Below, piece after piece: positions 39,081-48,511 of a stretch of 64,000 bases of DNA. Source of the stretch: Gemmatimonadales bacterium (GTDB lineage Bacteria > Gemmatimonadota > Gemmatimonadetes > Gemmatimonadales > GWC2-71-9); assembly GCA_044229445.1 (NCBI GenBank), contig JBGASX010000003.1:20836-84835 (forward strand), written 5' to 3'. How positions within the stretch are numbered: the stretch's first letter is position 1; every line of letters starts with the position of its first letter. Made by a program: the position numbers and the translations under genes. The notes below the pieces were generated by a model. The model saw only the letters and a list, made by a program, of their open reading frames with translations, was not told the DNA's origin and made no database searches.

Positions 39081-40922
39081 TTACATCCCGAAGACGGTGA
39101 GCACGCCACCCTGGGTCGAGAACTGACCCGCGTCGCCGAAGGCGCCGAGGGCGCCCAGGCCGGCGGTCGGATCCTCAGCGCCGATACCAGCGGCGACGCC
39201 GATGCCCGCCCAGCCGCCGATGCCCGAAAGCACCGCGATGTACTGCTTCCCATCCGGGCCCTTGTAGGTCATCGGGTTGCCGATGATGCCCGACGGGGTC
39301 TTGAACTTCCACAGGAGCTTGCCGGTCTTCTGGTCGACGGCCTTGAGCCAGCCTTCCATCGTGCCATAGAACACGAGGCCACCCTGGGTGGTCATCGCGC
39401 CGCCGTACGCGGCCAGGTTCTCCTTGATCTCCCAGACGACCTTGCCGGCCATCGGGTCCCAGGCGAAGAAGCGGCCACGGTGGCCGCCGGGGCCCGGGAA
39501 CATCCGCACGATCGCGCCGACGTACGGCTGACCGCGGGTGTACTTCACTTCGACGCCCTCGTAGTCCATGCAGATGTGGTTCGCGGGGACGTAGAAGAGG
39601 CCGGTGATCGGGGAGTACGCCGCCGGCTGCTGGTCCTTGAAGCCGATCGCCGCCGGGCAGATGCCCTCGGTGTTCTTCTTCGAGGTGGTGCCGTAGCGCG
39701 GATCCTTGACCGGGACGCCGGTGGACACGACGCCCTCGACCGGGGTGCTCGTGCCGCCGTTCTTCGCCCAGTTGATCGGGCCGTACGCGTTGCCAACGAC
39801 GACCTTGCCGTTGGTGCGGTCGACGGTGTAGGCGATGCCGTTACGATCGAAGTGCGCGAGCAGCTTCTGGCCGCCCTTTTCGAACAGCACGCTCTCGTTG
39901 ACGCCGTCGTAGTCCCACTCGTCGTGCGGGGTCATCTGGTACGCCCACTTCGCCATGCCCGTCTCCGGGTTCCGGGCGAACATGGTCATCGACCACTTGT
40001 TGTCGCCGGGGCGCTGGTCGGGGTTCCAGGAACCGGGGTTACCGGTGTTGTAGTAGAAGAGGTTCAGCTCGGGGTCGTAGGAGTACCAGCCCCAGGTCGT
40101 CCCGCCGCCCTTCTTCCACTCATCGCCCTGCCAGGTGGTGACGCCGAGATCCTTGCCCTTGTGGCTCGGATAGTTGGCGTTGGCCGTCTCGGGCACCAGG
40201 GTCTCGCTGTCCGGGCCGGTCGAGTAGGCCGTCCAGATGTGCTTGCCGGTGTTCACGTCGAACGCCGACACGCGGCCGCGCACGCCGAACTCACCGCCGG
40301 AGATACCGGTGATGACGACGTCCTTGATCACGATCGGGGCGACGGTGATGGTCGCGCCGTCCTTGTACATCGTCGCTTCGGTCTGGGTCGGCGACTGGGT
40401 CGGGTGCGACGCCGTCCACAGTTCCTTGCCAGTCTTGGCGTCGAGCGCCACGAGCGTGCCCTGGAGCGCGTTGATGAAGATCTTGCCGCTCGGATGGTAC
40501 GCGGTGCCGCGGTTCACGAGGTCGCAGCAGGCGATCGGGATCGCGTCCGGATTGTTCTTCGGCGTGTACTTCCAGATCTGCGGCGCGCCTTCCTTGGAGA
40601 GGTCGAGCGCGTACACGATGTTCGGGAAGGAGGTGTGCACGTACATCACGTTCCCGATCACGAGGGGGTTGCCCTCATGGCCACGCAGCGTACCGGTCGA
40701 GAAGGTCCAGGCCGCCTTGAGGTTCGCCACGTTCGCGGTGTTGATCTGCGCGAGCGGGCTGTACCGCTGGAGGCTGTAGTCCCGGCCGGGCATCTGCCAG
40801 TCGCCATCCGGAGCGTTACGAGTCCACGCCCCCGAACGCGCCTGGGCATGGGCCGAGACCGCGAGCACGGAAAGGCCCGCGACGAGCCCGCCAGACAACA
40901 TCCTGCGGGTAATACGGTTCAT
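39081..40922 (-). CDS. xoxF: lanthanide-type PQQ-dependent methanol dehydrogenase XoxF
   Basis: ORF 39081..41462 trimmed to ATG 40922 (GAGG 6 nt upstream). Signal peptide MNRITRRMLSGGLVAGLSVLAVSAHAQA and vicinal Cys pair IACCDLVNRG. TPHDEWDYDGVNE carries the extra Asp (DYD) diagnostic of Ln-dependent XoxF, where Ca-MxaF has Ala. 613 aa. Confidence 0.92.
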   Translation of the reverse strand: MNRITRRMLSGGLVAGLSVLAVSAHAQARSGAWTRNAPDGDWQMPGRDYSLQRYSPLAQINTANVANLKAAWTFSTGTLRGHEGNPLVIGNVMYVHTSFPNIVYALDLSKEGAPQIWKYTPKNNPDAIPIACCDLVNRGTAYHPSGKIFINALQGTLVALDAKTGKELWTASHPTQSPTQTEATMYKDGATITVAPIVIKDVVITGISGGEFGVRGRVSAFDVNTGKHIWTAYSTGPDSETLVPETANANYPSHKGKDLGVTTWQGDEWKKGGGTTWGWYSYDPELNLFYYNTGNPGSWNPDQRPGDNKWSMTMFARNPETGMAKWAYQMTPHDEWDYDGVNESVLFEKGGQKLLAHFDRNGIAYTVDRTNGKVVVGNAYGPINWAKNGGTSTPVEGVVSTGVPVKDPRYGTTSKKNTEGICPAAIGFKDQQPAAYSPITGLFYVPANHICMDYEGVEVKYTRGQPYVGAIVRMFPGPGGHRGRFFAWDPMAGKVVWEIKENLAAYGGAMTTQGGLVFYGTMEGWLKAVDQKTGKLLWKFKTPSGIIGNPMTYKGPDGKQYIAVLSGIGGWAGIGVAAGIGAEDPTAGLGALGAFGDAGQFSTQGGVLTVFGM

Positions 40923-41058
40923 AGATGACCTCATGATGAAGGGTTCCAGCAGCCCTCCCGGACTGCTGACTGCGCAGGGCCTGAGCGAGGCGTTCGCGCC
41001 GGCGTGCACGAACGGTCCCCACTCACTCCCCGAGACTTGGTCCTGCACCTGCGTCCTG

Positions 41059-41102
41059 CCACAAAACATCAGCGGCCACCCGGCTGACTTCGCCGGCTGG
41101 CC
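41059..41102 (-). terminator. intrinsic-terminator-like element inside the xoxF leader (attenuator candidate)
   Basis: Minus-strand RNA reads GGCCAGCCGGC-GAAGUCA-GCCGGGUGGCC (10 of 11 bp paired) followed by GCUGAUGUUUUGUGG. It ends ~135 nt upstream of the xoxF ATG. Confidence 0.45.
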
Positions 41103-41478
41103 GCGACCTGCTATCTGCTGCGAGTCCCATGGCCACGCCACCACAGACCGTGGACGGCGGGCCGGCTGGTATTGCCATTCCCGTTGCCGCACACGCCAAC
41201 GCCCACGCTCCCCGGACAGGGGGCGAGGGACGACCGGACTGGAGTGACGGCTACGAGCATAGGGCGAGCTCCCATGACAGCCCACGCATGAGGCACGGAA
41301 CCGAGCCCCGGAAGAAAGACCCGGAACCCTGGTGGAGTCGCAATTTGATTGTGGAAACGGGCTTGTTATCGGTCGAGATGGGGATTCTCGACTGTTGCGG
41401 CCCCACCGATTCAGGTGGTAGTACCGTGCATTCTGTGAAAGGTTCCGGACGGGAACCCCCACATAATGACGGAGGGCC

Positions 41479-41507
41479 AGTATACCGTCCGCCTAATAAT
41501 CTGTCAA
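41479..41507 (-). promoter_or_regulatory. near-consensus sigma-70-type promoter upstream of xoxF
   Basis: Minus strand TTGACA (41507..41502, containing the mptG TGA stop), exactly 17 nt, TATACT (41484..41479). It sits in a locally AT-richer stretch. Confidence 0.5.
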
Positions 41508-42493
41508 TCTCGTCCGATTCGGGCCCAGCTGCTGTGGACCAGTGCGCCCCGTTCCGCGAACGGGGTCTCGAATACCCGGCCCCGGCCTCCCAGATGGGCC
41601 CGGACCCGCTGCGCCAGGTCCAGCCCCGCGTCCTGGTGCGGCACCAGCCCGTAGACGGTCGGTCCCCAGGAACTCTGGCCCACCCCTGCCGCCCCGAAGG
41701 CCGCCATCCGCTCGACCAGCTCTCCGGTCGGCCCGGGGGCGAAGGCGCCTCCCTGGGCCGGCGCGAACCACCCGCCGGTGATGCGCTGGACCTCCGTGAG
41801 CGCGGCGCCGAAGGCGGTCAGGTCGGCGTCGGCGAGTGCGGGCAGCAGCTGCATCAGCACCAGGTGGGCGACCCGTTCCACCTCCCGCTCGTCCGGGGCC
41901 GGCAGGGTCCGGAAGGCACTGACTTCCTCGGCCCCGCTCAGGCCGGGCTGGCTGTCGGGAATCGCGATGACGGCGCGCCACGCGGCGGGAATCGGGAGCC
42001 GCGAGATGAGCGGCGCGACGGCGTCGCTTCCCACCTTCCGGCCCCCCTCGAGCACGAACCCGCCCAGCGCGAAGGTCCAGGTGCCGATCGCCGAGCGCTG
42101 ACCCCGGCCGACCAGCCGCGCCAGCATCTGCGGCTCGGAGGGCTGGCCGTAGAGCTCTGCCAAGGCCCGTGCCACGGCCAGCCCGAGCTGCGTGCCGGAG
42201 CCCAGCCCGGCGTGGCTCGGGATGGCCCGGTGAATCTTCAGGTGGGCCCCGCCCGACAGGCGACTCGCGGTGAGGTATCGCTGGGCGTATTCCTGTGCCC
42301 GGCCCGCGTCGGGCCCCTCGGCGGTCAGCCGGTCGCCAGGGATCGCTTCGAGCAGGGTCGATGGCGTCGGGACCGCCGCGCCGATGCCGCCGAACTTGCG
42401 CCCCAGGTGGCCGCGCAGATCCAGGATGCCGAAATGGAGCCGCGCCGGCGCTTCGACCATGACCCGCTCGGGACGCTCGGCGCTCTGGCTCAT
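41504..42493 (-). CDS. mptG: beta-ribofuranosylaminobenzene 5'-phosphate (beta-RFAP) synthase, GHMP-kinase fold
   Basis: 329 aa. RVMVEAPARLHFGILDL and IPSHAGLGSGTQLGLAVARAL (GHMP motif). It sits among H4MPT genes, next to pabAB, which supply its pABA substrate. Confidence 0.8.
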   Translation of the reverse strand: MSQSAERPERVMVEAPARLHFGILDLRGHLGRKFGGIGAAVPTPSTLLEAIPGDRLTAEGPDAGRAQEYAQRYLTASRLSGGAHLKIHRAIPSHAGLGSGTQLGLAVARALAELYGQPSEPQMLARLVGRGQRSAIGTWTFALGGFVLEGGRKVGSDAVAPLISRLPIPAAWRAVIAIPDSQPGLSGAEEVSAFRTLPAPDEREVERVAHLVLMQLLPALADADLTAFGAALTEVQRITGGWFAPAQGGAFAPGPTGELVERMAAFGAAGVGQSSWGPTVYGLVPHQDAGLDLAQRVRAHLGGRGRVFETPFAERGALVHSSWARIGRD

Positions 42494-43056
42494 GCCGCGG
42501 GGCTTCCCGCCAGCTTGTCGCGGACATAACCGGCAAGCAGTGCCATCGCCTCCCGCTCCCGGGGGCCGGCGGTCTTGTCGACGATGACCTGCAGCCGCGC
42601 GAACTCGGCGCGCACCTCGTCGGCGGGAATGAGATGGGTGCGCGTCGCGACGATCGCCGCTTCAAGCACGGCGTGCCGGGCGCGATTGAAGCCGAGGAAC
42701 TCACGCCGGACGCCGTGGTGCACGACCCGGGTCACGATGCGGGACCGCGGCGGCGTGGCGTCGATCGAGACGACGTCGACCTCGCGCCAGGAGCAGGCGG
42801 CGTCGAGCACCGCGCCCTGGATCACGGCGGCGGGGCCATGCGGAAAGACCACGTTGCCGGTCGCGCCCTGGGCGAAGAGCATGACGTCATCGGTCAGATT
42901 GATCACGGCGGCCCGGGTGGCGGCGAGATTCCGGAAGGTCGTGGTGTCGACGAACGGCTTGATGACGATCGTCTCCTCGCCCCATTCGACGCCCATCGGC
43001 GCGCAGTTGAGCGCGCCAGCGGCATCCATCGAGGTCACGATCGTCTCGATGATCAT
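42490..43056 (-). CDS. DUF447-family protein (H4MPT-biosynthesis associated, split-barrel flavin-binding-like)
   Basis: 188 aa, MIIETIVTSMDAAGALNCAPMGVEW...TTTFRNL. The family call comes from memory of the archaeal/methylotroph DUF447 pattern. 4-nt overlaps on both sides. Confidence 0.6.
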   Translation of the reverse strand: MIIETIVTSMDAAGALNCAPMGVEWGEETIVIKPFVDTTTFRNLAATRAAVINLTDDVMLFAQGATGNVVFPHGPAAVIQGAVLDAACSWREVDVVSIDATPPRSRIVTRVVHHGVRREFLGFNRARHAVLEAAIVATRTHLIPADEVRAEFARLQVIVDKTAGPREREAMALLAGYVRDKLAGSPAA

Positions 43057-44894
43057 GGCGCGACGGTCGTGACGTCCAGGTGCGAGGGATACTGCGCGCT
43101 CCGGTAGACCCGGTGCGTCGCCGCCTGGAAGTCGGAGGCCTTCGCCTCGAAGATGTTGGGGACCCAGCTCTGCGGGTTCCGGTCGTAGACCGGGAACCAG
43201 CTGCTCTGCACCTGCACCATGATCCGGTGGCCCTGCTGGAAGGTGTAGGCCTGCTGGTGCAGGTCCACCGTGAACGGTGTCACCTGATTGGGGACCAGCG
43301 GCTCCGGATGACTCCAGCTCTTCCGGTAGCGTCCGCGCATGATGTCGTTCGCCACCATGAACTCGTAGCCGCCCATGCGCGGCGCGAAGTCGCCGGAATC
43401 GGGATAGACATCGATGAGCTTCACCACCCAGTCGGCATCACGGCCGGTGGTGCTGGCGAAGAGCTTCGCGACGATGTCTCCCGCGATGGTGACATCCTCG
43501 GTCAGGGGAGCCGTCTGCCAGGTGAGCACATCGGGGCGGCCATCGGCGAGCCGCTGGTCCTGGGTGAGCCAGGTGTACCAGTCGGATCCGCGGTGGTGAT
43601 AGGTGAGCTGGATCGGCCGGTTGCGATAGGGGACGGGATGCGCTGGATCGGAGAGGTACTGGTCGAACGCCGCCACCTGGCGGCCCTTCGGGGCCTCGAA
43701 GGACAGTGTGCCATTCGCCCCGAAATAGAGCGAGCGCCGAGTGCCGTTCTTCGGGGGCCAGCTCTCGAAGGCGCGCCAGCGGTTGCTGCCGGCCTCGAAG
43801 AGCAGCGCCTCGGGCAACGGCAGCCGGCCCTTGTCCTTGAGCCAGTAGGCGAACCAGGGCGCCTGCGCCTGCTCGCGGAAGTACGCGCTCGTGGAGTCGT
43901 CGAAGCTGATCTTGCCGAGGCTGTCACCCGCGCCGCGGCTCCAGCCGCCATGGTTCCACGGTCCCATCACCAGATAGTTGATGCCTTTGGTGTCCAGCTT
44001 TTCCAGCGTCTCGTAGGTCTTGAGCGCGCCGTAGAAATCCTCCTGGTCCCACCAGCCGCCGACCGTCATCGTCGGCACGGTGAGGCTGGTCAGATAGGTG
44101 GGCAGCGCACGCGCCTTCCAGAAGGCGTCGTAGGTCGGGTGGGCGGTGAAGTTCTGCCAGGTCGGGACCGACTTCCCCTTGAGCACGCCGCGGCTCACGT
44201 TCGCGAGCGAGCCGAGCTGCAGGTACCAGTCGTAGGTGTCGTAGCGATCGATCGGGACGGGAATGGAGCCGTCGTTGGAGAGCTCCATGTCCGTGGCGTA
44301 CTCGAAGCCGTAGCTGAGCCGGAACGCCCCCTGGTGGAAGAAATCATCGCCCATCCAGGTGTCGGTCATCGGCGCCTGCGGCGAAATGGCACGGACTGCC
44401 GGGTGCGGATTCACGCCGGCCATCGCCGCGAGCCAGCCAGGATAGCTCACGCCCAGCACACCCACTCTGCCGTTGTTGTCGGCGATGTTCTTGACCAGCC
44501 AGTCCACCGTATCCCAGGTGTCGGTGCTCTCGTCCACGCCCTTCGCGTCCTTCGGATCGTGGAGCGGGCGGTTCATCACGAACTGGCCCTCGGAGCCGTA
44601 GCGGCCGCGGATGTCCTGAAAGACGAAGATGTAGCCTTCCGTCACCATCTCCTTGAGATAGACCGCGAAGTAGCGCGCCGGCGACCCGGCGATGCCGTAC
44701 GGCGTGCGCAGCATGATGAACGGCAGCGGCTCGGTGTGGCCCTTCGGCCGGTAGACAAAGGTGTGGAGTCGTGCGCCGTCGCGGGTGGGGAGCATCACCA
44801 TCCGCTCCTCGAAGCCAGTGACGGTGTCCGCCGGCGCCTGGGCCAGCACGGGGAGCGGGAAGGCCGCGAGAACGAGGGCGATGAATTTCCGCAT
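43053..44894 (-). CDS. secreted CocE/NonD-family hydrolase (S15 X-Pro dipeptidyl-peptidase-like)
   Basis: 613 aa. Signal peptide MRKFIALVLAAFPLPVLAQA. RTPYG, nucleophile GVSYPGW and a C-terminal beta-sandwich domain. Its stop overlaps the DUF447 start by 4 nt. Confidence 0.8.
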   Translation of the reverse strand: MRKFIALVLAAFPLPVLAQAPADTVTGFEERMVMLPTRDGARLHTFVYRPKGHTEPLPFIMLRTPYGIAGSPARYFAVYLKEMVTEGYIFVFQDIRGRYGSEGQFVMNRPLHDPKDAKGVDESTDTWDTVDWLVKNIADNNGRVGVLGVSYPGWLAAMAGVNPHPAVRAISPQAPMTDTWMGDDFFHQGAFRLSYGFEYATDMELSNDGSIPVPIDRYDTYDWYLQLGSLANVSRGVLKGKSVPTWQNFTAHPTYDAFWKARALPTYLTSLTVPTMTVGGWWDQEDFYGALKTYETLEKLDTKGINYLVMGPWNHGGWSRGAGDSLGKISFDDSTSAYFREQAQAPWFAYWLKDKGRLPLPEALLFEAGSNRWRAFESWPPKNGTRRSLYFGANGTLSFEAPKGRQVAAFDQYLSDPAHPVPYRNRPIQLTYHHRGSDWYTWLTQDQRLADGRPDVLTWQTAPLTEDVTIAGDIVAKLFASTTGRDADWVVKLIDVYPDSGDFAPRMGGYEFMVANDIMRGRYRKSWSHPEPLVPNQVTPFTVDLHQQAYTFQQGHRIMVQVQSSWFPVYDRNPQSWVPNIFEAKASDFQAATHRVYRSAQYPSHLDVTTVAP

Positions 44895-44971
44895 CGGAGT
44901 CCTTGCTGGAGTTCGTCCCGGCGCGAGGGCCGGGCCACGCTGCTCGAGATGAGTGATGAGATGCGCGCGGG

Positions 44972-45640
44972 TCAGCGGACCAGGTCCGCCGGCGGTGGCC
45001 GGTCGGCGAGACCCGGTTCCTCGCCGCTCGGCGGAGCGGGGGCACCGTCCGCCCGGTCCGGGACGTTTCTTCCCCGGCCGCCGGTGAGGAACCAGTCGAG
45101 CATCCGGTAGCCGTACTCGGTGAGCACCGACTCGGGATGGAACTGGACTCCCACGACGGGATGCTCCCGGTGCGCCACGGCCATGATCTCGCCATCCTCG
45201 GACGTGGCCGTCACCCGCAGCGCGTCGGGCACCGATTCGGGTGCGATGACCAGCGAATGATAGCGGGTCGCCGTCAGCGGACTCGGGAGCCCGGTGAAGA
45301 CCGAGGTGCCATCGTGGTGGATGCGCGACGTCTTGCCGTGCATCGGGCGCCCGGCACGGACGATCTCCGCCCCGTACGCGGCGCCGATTGCCTGGTGTCC
45401 CAGACAGACGCCGAAGACCGGGATCGTCGGTCCGTAGCGGTGGATCACGTCGATCGACACGCCGGCCTCGGCCGGGGTGCAGGGACCCGGGGAGATGATG
45501 ATGTGCGTGGGGGCGAGCCGGGCGATGTCGTCGAGCGTCACCGCGTCGTTCCGGCGTACCACTGGTGCCTCGCCCAGTTCCGCGACGTAGCGGGCCAGGT
45601 TGTAGACGAAGCTGTCGTAGTTGTCGATGAGCAGGATCAT
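44972..45640 (-). CDS. pabA: aminodeoxychorismate/anthranilate synthase glutamine amidotransferase component
   Basis: 222 aa. MILLIDNYDSFVYNL, FGVCLGHQAIG (Cys nucleophile) and GVQFHPES. 4-nt overlap with the pabB stop. Confidence 0.85.
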   Translation of the reverse strand: MILLIDNYDSFVYNLARYVAELGEAPVVRRNDAVTLDDIARLAPTHIIISPGPCTPAEAGVSIDVIHRYGPTIPVFGVCLGHQAIGAAYGAEIVRAGRPMHGKTSRIHHDGTSVFTGLPSPLTATRYHSLVIAPESVPDALRVTATSEDGEIMAVAHREHPVVGVQFHPESVLTEYGYRMLDWFLTGGRGRNVPDRADGAPAPPSGEEPGLADRPPPADLVR

Positions 45641-47082
45641 GGCGTCGTCACCGCGCCCGCGAGCGCCGTGATGAGGGCGCGCGCCTTGTGCAGCGTCTCC
45701 TGGTACTCGCTCTCCGGATCCGAGTCGGCGACGATCCCGCCGCCCGCGGAGAAGGTCACCCGTCCCCCCGCCGCGACCAGGGTGCGGATCACGATACTCG
45801 TGTCCATCGCCCCCGTGACGCTCAGGTAGCCGATCGACCCGCAGTAGATCCCGCGCCGCGACGGCTCCAGTTCGGCGATGATCTCCATCGCGCGCACCTT
45901 CGGCGCGCCGGTGATCGAACCGCCGGGGAAGGCCGCCGCGAGAAGATCCGTCGTGTCGCGGCCCGGTGCCAGATCGCCGACCACGGTCGACACCAGGTGG
46001 TGGACGGTGCGGTACCGCTCCAGCGCGAACAACTCGGGCACCCGCACCGAGCCGGGCCGGCAGACGCGGCTCAGGTCGTTCCGCAGCAGGTCCACGATCA
46101 TCAGGTTCTCGGCCCGGTCCTTCTCGCTGTCGCGGAGTGCGCGGGACAGCGCGGCGTCGTGCTGCGGGGACAGTCCGCGTGGCGTCGTGCCCTTGATGGG
46201 CCGAGTTTCCACATGGCCGGCGGTGTCGACGCGCAGAAACCGCTCCGGCGACGCGCTGGCGACGGTGACGCCGTCGAACTCGAGATAGGCGGCGAAGGGC
46301 GCGGGGTTGACCTCGCGGAGCCGCCGGTAGAGATGCCAGGGATCTTCCTCGAGCGGCACCTCGAAGCGCTGGGAGAGATTCGCCTGGAAGATGTCACCGG
46401 CGACGATGTACTCCCGCACGCGGGTCACCGCGTCGAGGTAGCCACGGTGGGTGAAGGACGACCTGAGACCGATGCCGATGGCGTGCTCGGTGCCCGCGAC
46501 CGGATAGGACGGGGCATGCGGGGCCGAGGCATGCTTCGGGTCCGCCTGTCGTGGCCTCCCGGGCGCCCCGCCCGTCGGCCCCTTCAGCATCCGCTGCACC
46601 CACTGCATCCGTTCGGTGGCGCGCTCCACCTTGGCGCCGCCGGTCGCCGGCAGGCCGGTGGAGATCAGCCACGCGCGACTCTCGGCGTGATCCCACGCGA
46701 TCACCCAGTCATACAGGCCCAGGACCGCGTCGGGGAGATTGAGGTCGTCGTAGCGCGGCGCTGGCAGCCGCTCCAGCACGGCCCCGTAGTCGTAGGCCAG
46801 GTACCCGGCGATGCCGCCCTGAAAGGGAGGCAGCCCCAGCATGGCGGGGCCTGCGTGGGGCGCGAGCAGCGCCCGGGCGCGGTCAAGTGCCGTCGCTCCG
46901 CCCGACCCCTTGCTGCGGACCACTTCGACGGGAGCGGCGGACAGGAACGAGTAGCGTCCCAGCCGTTCCGGATCGGCCGCGCTGTCCAGGAAGAGCAGGT
47001 GGGGCTGTCCGAGGAATCGCTCCGCCGTGAACACCGGGTCCGGCGCGGGGGAGAGTTCCTCGACGAGCGGCAGGTCAGGCAT
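45637..47082 (-). CDS. pabB: aminodeoxychorismate synthase component I
   Basis: 481 aa chorismate-binding enzyme. It has PIKGT, with Lys as in PabB (TrpE has PIAGT), plus GAPKVRAMEII and GGGIVADS. Confidence 0.8.
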   Translation of the reverse strand: MPDLPLVEELSPAPDPVFTAERFLGQPHLLFLDSAADPERLGRYSFLSAAPVEVVRSKGSGGATALDRARALLAPHAGPAMLGLPPFQGGIAGYLAYDYGAVLERLPAPRYDDLNLPDAVLGLYDWVIAWDHAESRAWLISTGLPATGGAKVERATERMQWVQRMLKGPTGGAPGRPRQADPKHASAPHAPSYPVAGTEHAIGIGLRSSFTHRGYLDAVTRVREYIVAGDIFQANLSQRFEVPLEEDPWHLYRRLREVNPAPFAAYLEFDGVTVASASPERFLRVDTAGHVETRPIKGTTPRGLSPQHDAALSRALRDSEKDRAENLMIVDLLRNDLSRVCRPGSVRVPELFALERYRTVHHLVSTVVGDLAPGRDTTDLLAAAFPGGSITGAPKVRAMEIIAELEPSRRGIYCGSIGYLSVTGAMDTSIVIRTLVAAGGRVTFSAGGGIVADSDPESEYQETLHKARALITALAGAVTTP

Positions 47083-48511
47083 CGGGCGCCCCGTCCGCGA
47101 TGCGCGGGCGGCTCATCGTGATTCTGAGGTGTTCGCGACGCGGGTCCTCCGGCGGCGTAAGGTAGCCCCAGTCGAGCTGCCCCTCCTGGCGGTAGGTCTT
47201 GCCTAACGCGATTGCCAGGCGCGCTCTCGCCAGCTCCTTGCCGAGATAGAAGGCGTGGCCCGCCTCGCGGACGCCGAGCTGGTCGAAGATCTCCTGGATC
47301 TCGGTGCCGCGGACGAACAGCGCGTTGTTGAGCACGGTGATGGTGTCCCGATCGGTGAAGATCCGGAAGTTGGCGTCCTTCACCTCGGCCTGCAGCTCGC
47401 GGAGCTCCTGCTCCGTGTACGTCAGGACTCTCGCATCTTTCACCGTGACCAGCCGGTTGTCGATTCCCTTCGGCAGCGTCTTCTGCGTCACGGCGTAGTG
47501 CATCAGGCGGCGCGCGACGTCGATCTCGCGCACGGCGCCATGGGCCCACGGAATGACTTCCGTGGTGAGCACCGCCTTCACGCCGACCTCCTGGCAGATC
47601 GCCATGAGCAGGGCGTTGACGCCGGTCGAGTCGGCGCTGGTGAGTTCGGTGATGTTGCCGACGCCCATCATGAGGCCCGCCGAAGGGTAGCGCCGGTGGG
47701 TCTCCGCGTAGCGCTCGAGCGAGGCCATGAAGCCGAAGCCGATGGGCTCGACGATCGGATCGATCAGGTAGCCGATCCCGGCGCGCTCGAGCGCAGCGAG
47801 TGTGGGCTCGAGCGAGGTGAGCCCCGCGCCGAAGTCCGGGATCGCGACGACGCGCGCGCCCATGCCTTTGAGGTCCTCGAGCACGTCGAGGTTGGTGCCG
47901 TTCACGCTGAGGACCAGCTCGGCCCCCGCCTCGACCGCGGCGCGGATCTCGGCACGATCGAACGAGTCGATGCTCACCCGGAGTCCGCTGGCGCGGAGCT
48001 CGCGCACCAGGGCGCCGAGGTGGGGGAAGGCAACGCCCGGCGTGCAGCCCACATCGATGACATCGGCGCCCGAGCTCCGGTAGTGCTCGGCCTCGCGGCG
48101 GACGTCGTCGGGCGTGCGCTTGGGGGCGTTGTTGATCTCGGCGAGGATCTCGATGTCCCAGGCGCCGTACTCGCGCGTCGCAGCGGCCTGGCCGAAGTGC
48201 TGCGGGATGTCCCGCAGGTCCTTCGGTCCCTTCTCGACCGGAATGCCGAATTTCTCCGAGAGCACCGCGACGTCGCCCTCGACGAGGCCGGGAAGGACGA
48301 TCAGGTCGGTTTCCTCCGGGACCGTCAGGAACTTCGCGATCCACGGCGTGGTCATCAGCGCCGCCACGGTGATCTTGAGCGTGGCGATCTCGGCGCGGAA
48401 TGGCGGCTGCATCGCCGCCAGCGTCCGGCGGAGGGCCGGCTCCGCGAGCTTGCCCGTGACGAAGACGACGCGGCGGGGAAGCACTATTTCGGGTCGCCTC
48501 CGCGCACCCAC
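47075..48511 (-). CDS. dihydropteroate-synthase-like pterin-binding protein (MptH-like, H4MPT biosynthesis)
   Basis: 478 aa. An N-terminal extra domain plus a DHPS-like barrel (GADVIDVGCTPG, SIDSF, MMGVGNITELT). GTG start is uncertain: 48511, or 48484 where it forms TAGTG with the PCD stop. Confidence 0.75.
   Translation of the reverse strand: MGARRRPEIVLPRRVVFVTGKLAEPALRRTLAAMQPPFRAEIATLKITVAALMTTPWIAKFLTVPEETDLIVLPGLVEGDVAVLSEKFGIPVEKGPKDLRDIPQHFGQAAATREYGAWDIEILAEINNAPKRTPDDVRREAEHYRSSGADVIDVGCTPGVAFPHLGALVRELRASGLRVSIDSFDRAEIRAAVEAGAELVLSVNGTNLDVLEDLKGMGARVVAIPDFGAGLTSLEPTLAALERAGIGYLIDPIVEPIGFGFMASLERYAETHRRYPSAGLMMGVGNITELTSADSTGVNALLMAICQEVGVKAVLTTEVIPWAHGAVREIDVARRLMHYAVTQKTLPKGIDNRLVTVKDARVLTYTEQELRELQAEVKDANFRIFTDRDTITVLNNALFVRGTEIQEIFDQLGVREAGHAFYLGKELARARLAIALGKTYRQEGQLDWGYLTPPEDPRREHLRITMSRPRIADGAPDA

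Noticed and set aside
40923-41462. 180-codon N-terminal extension of the xoxF ORF (MGVPVRNLSQNARYYHLNRWG...).
   Set aside because: It has no coding character and includes an AT-richer, hairpin-rich stretch. A canonical signal peptide begins at Met 40922, which has a GAGG SD. The region is treated as leader RNA.
41060-41472. Whether the ~400-nt region between the promoter and the terminator-like hairpin could be RNase P RNA, tmRNA or another known structured RNA.
   Set aside because: I could not find the universally conserved RNase P segments (GGAAAGUCCGGGC, ACAGAACCCGGCUUA). I also found no tmRNA tRNA-like ends or tag ORF. No known family could be supported by eye.
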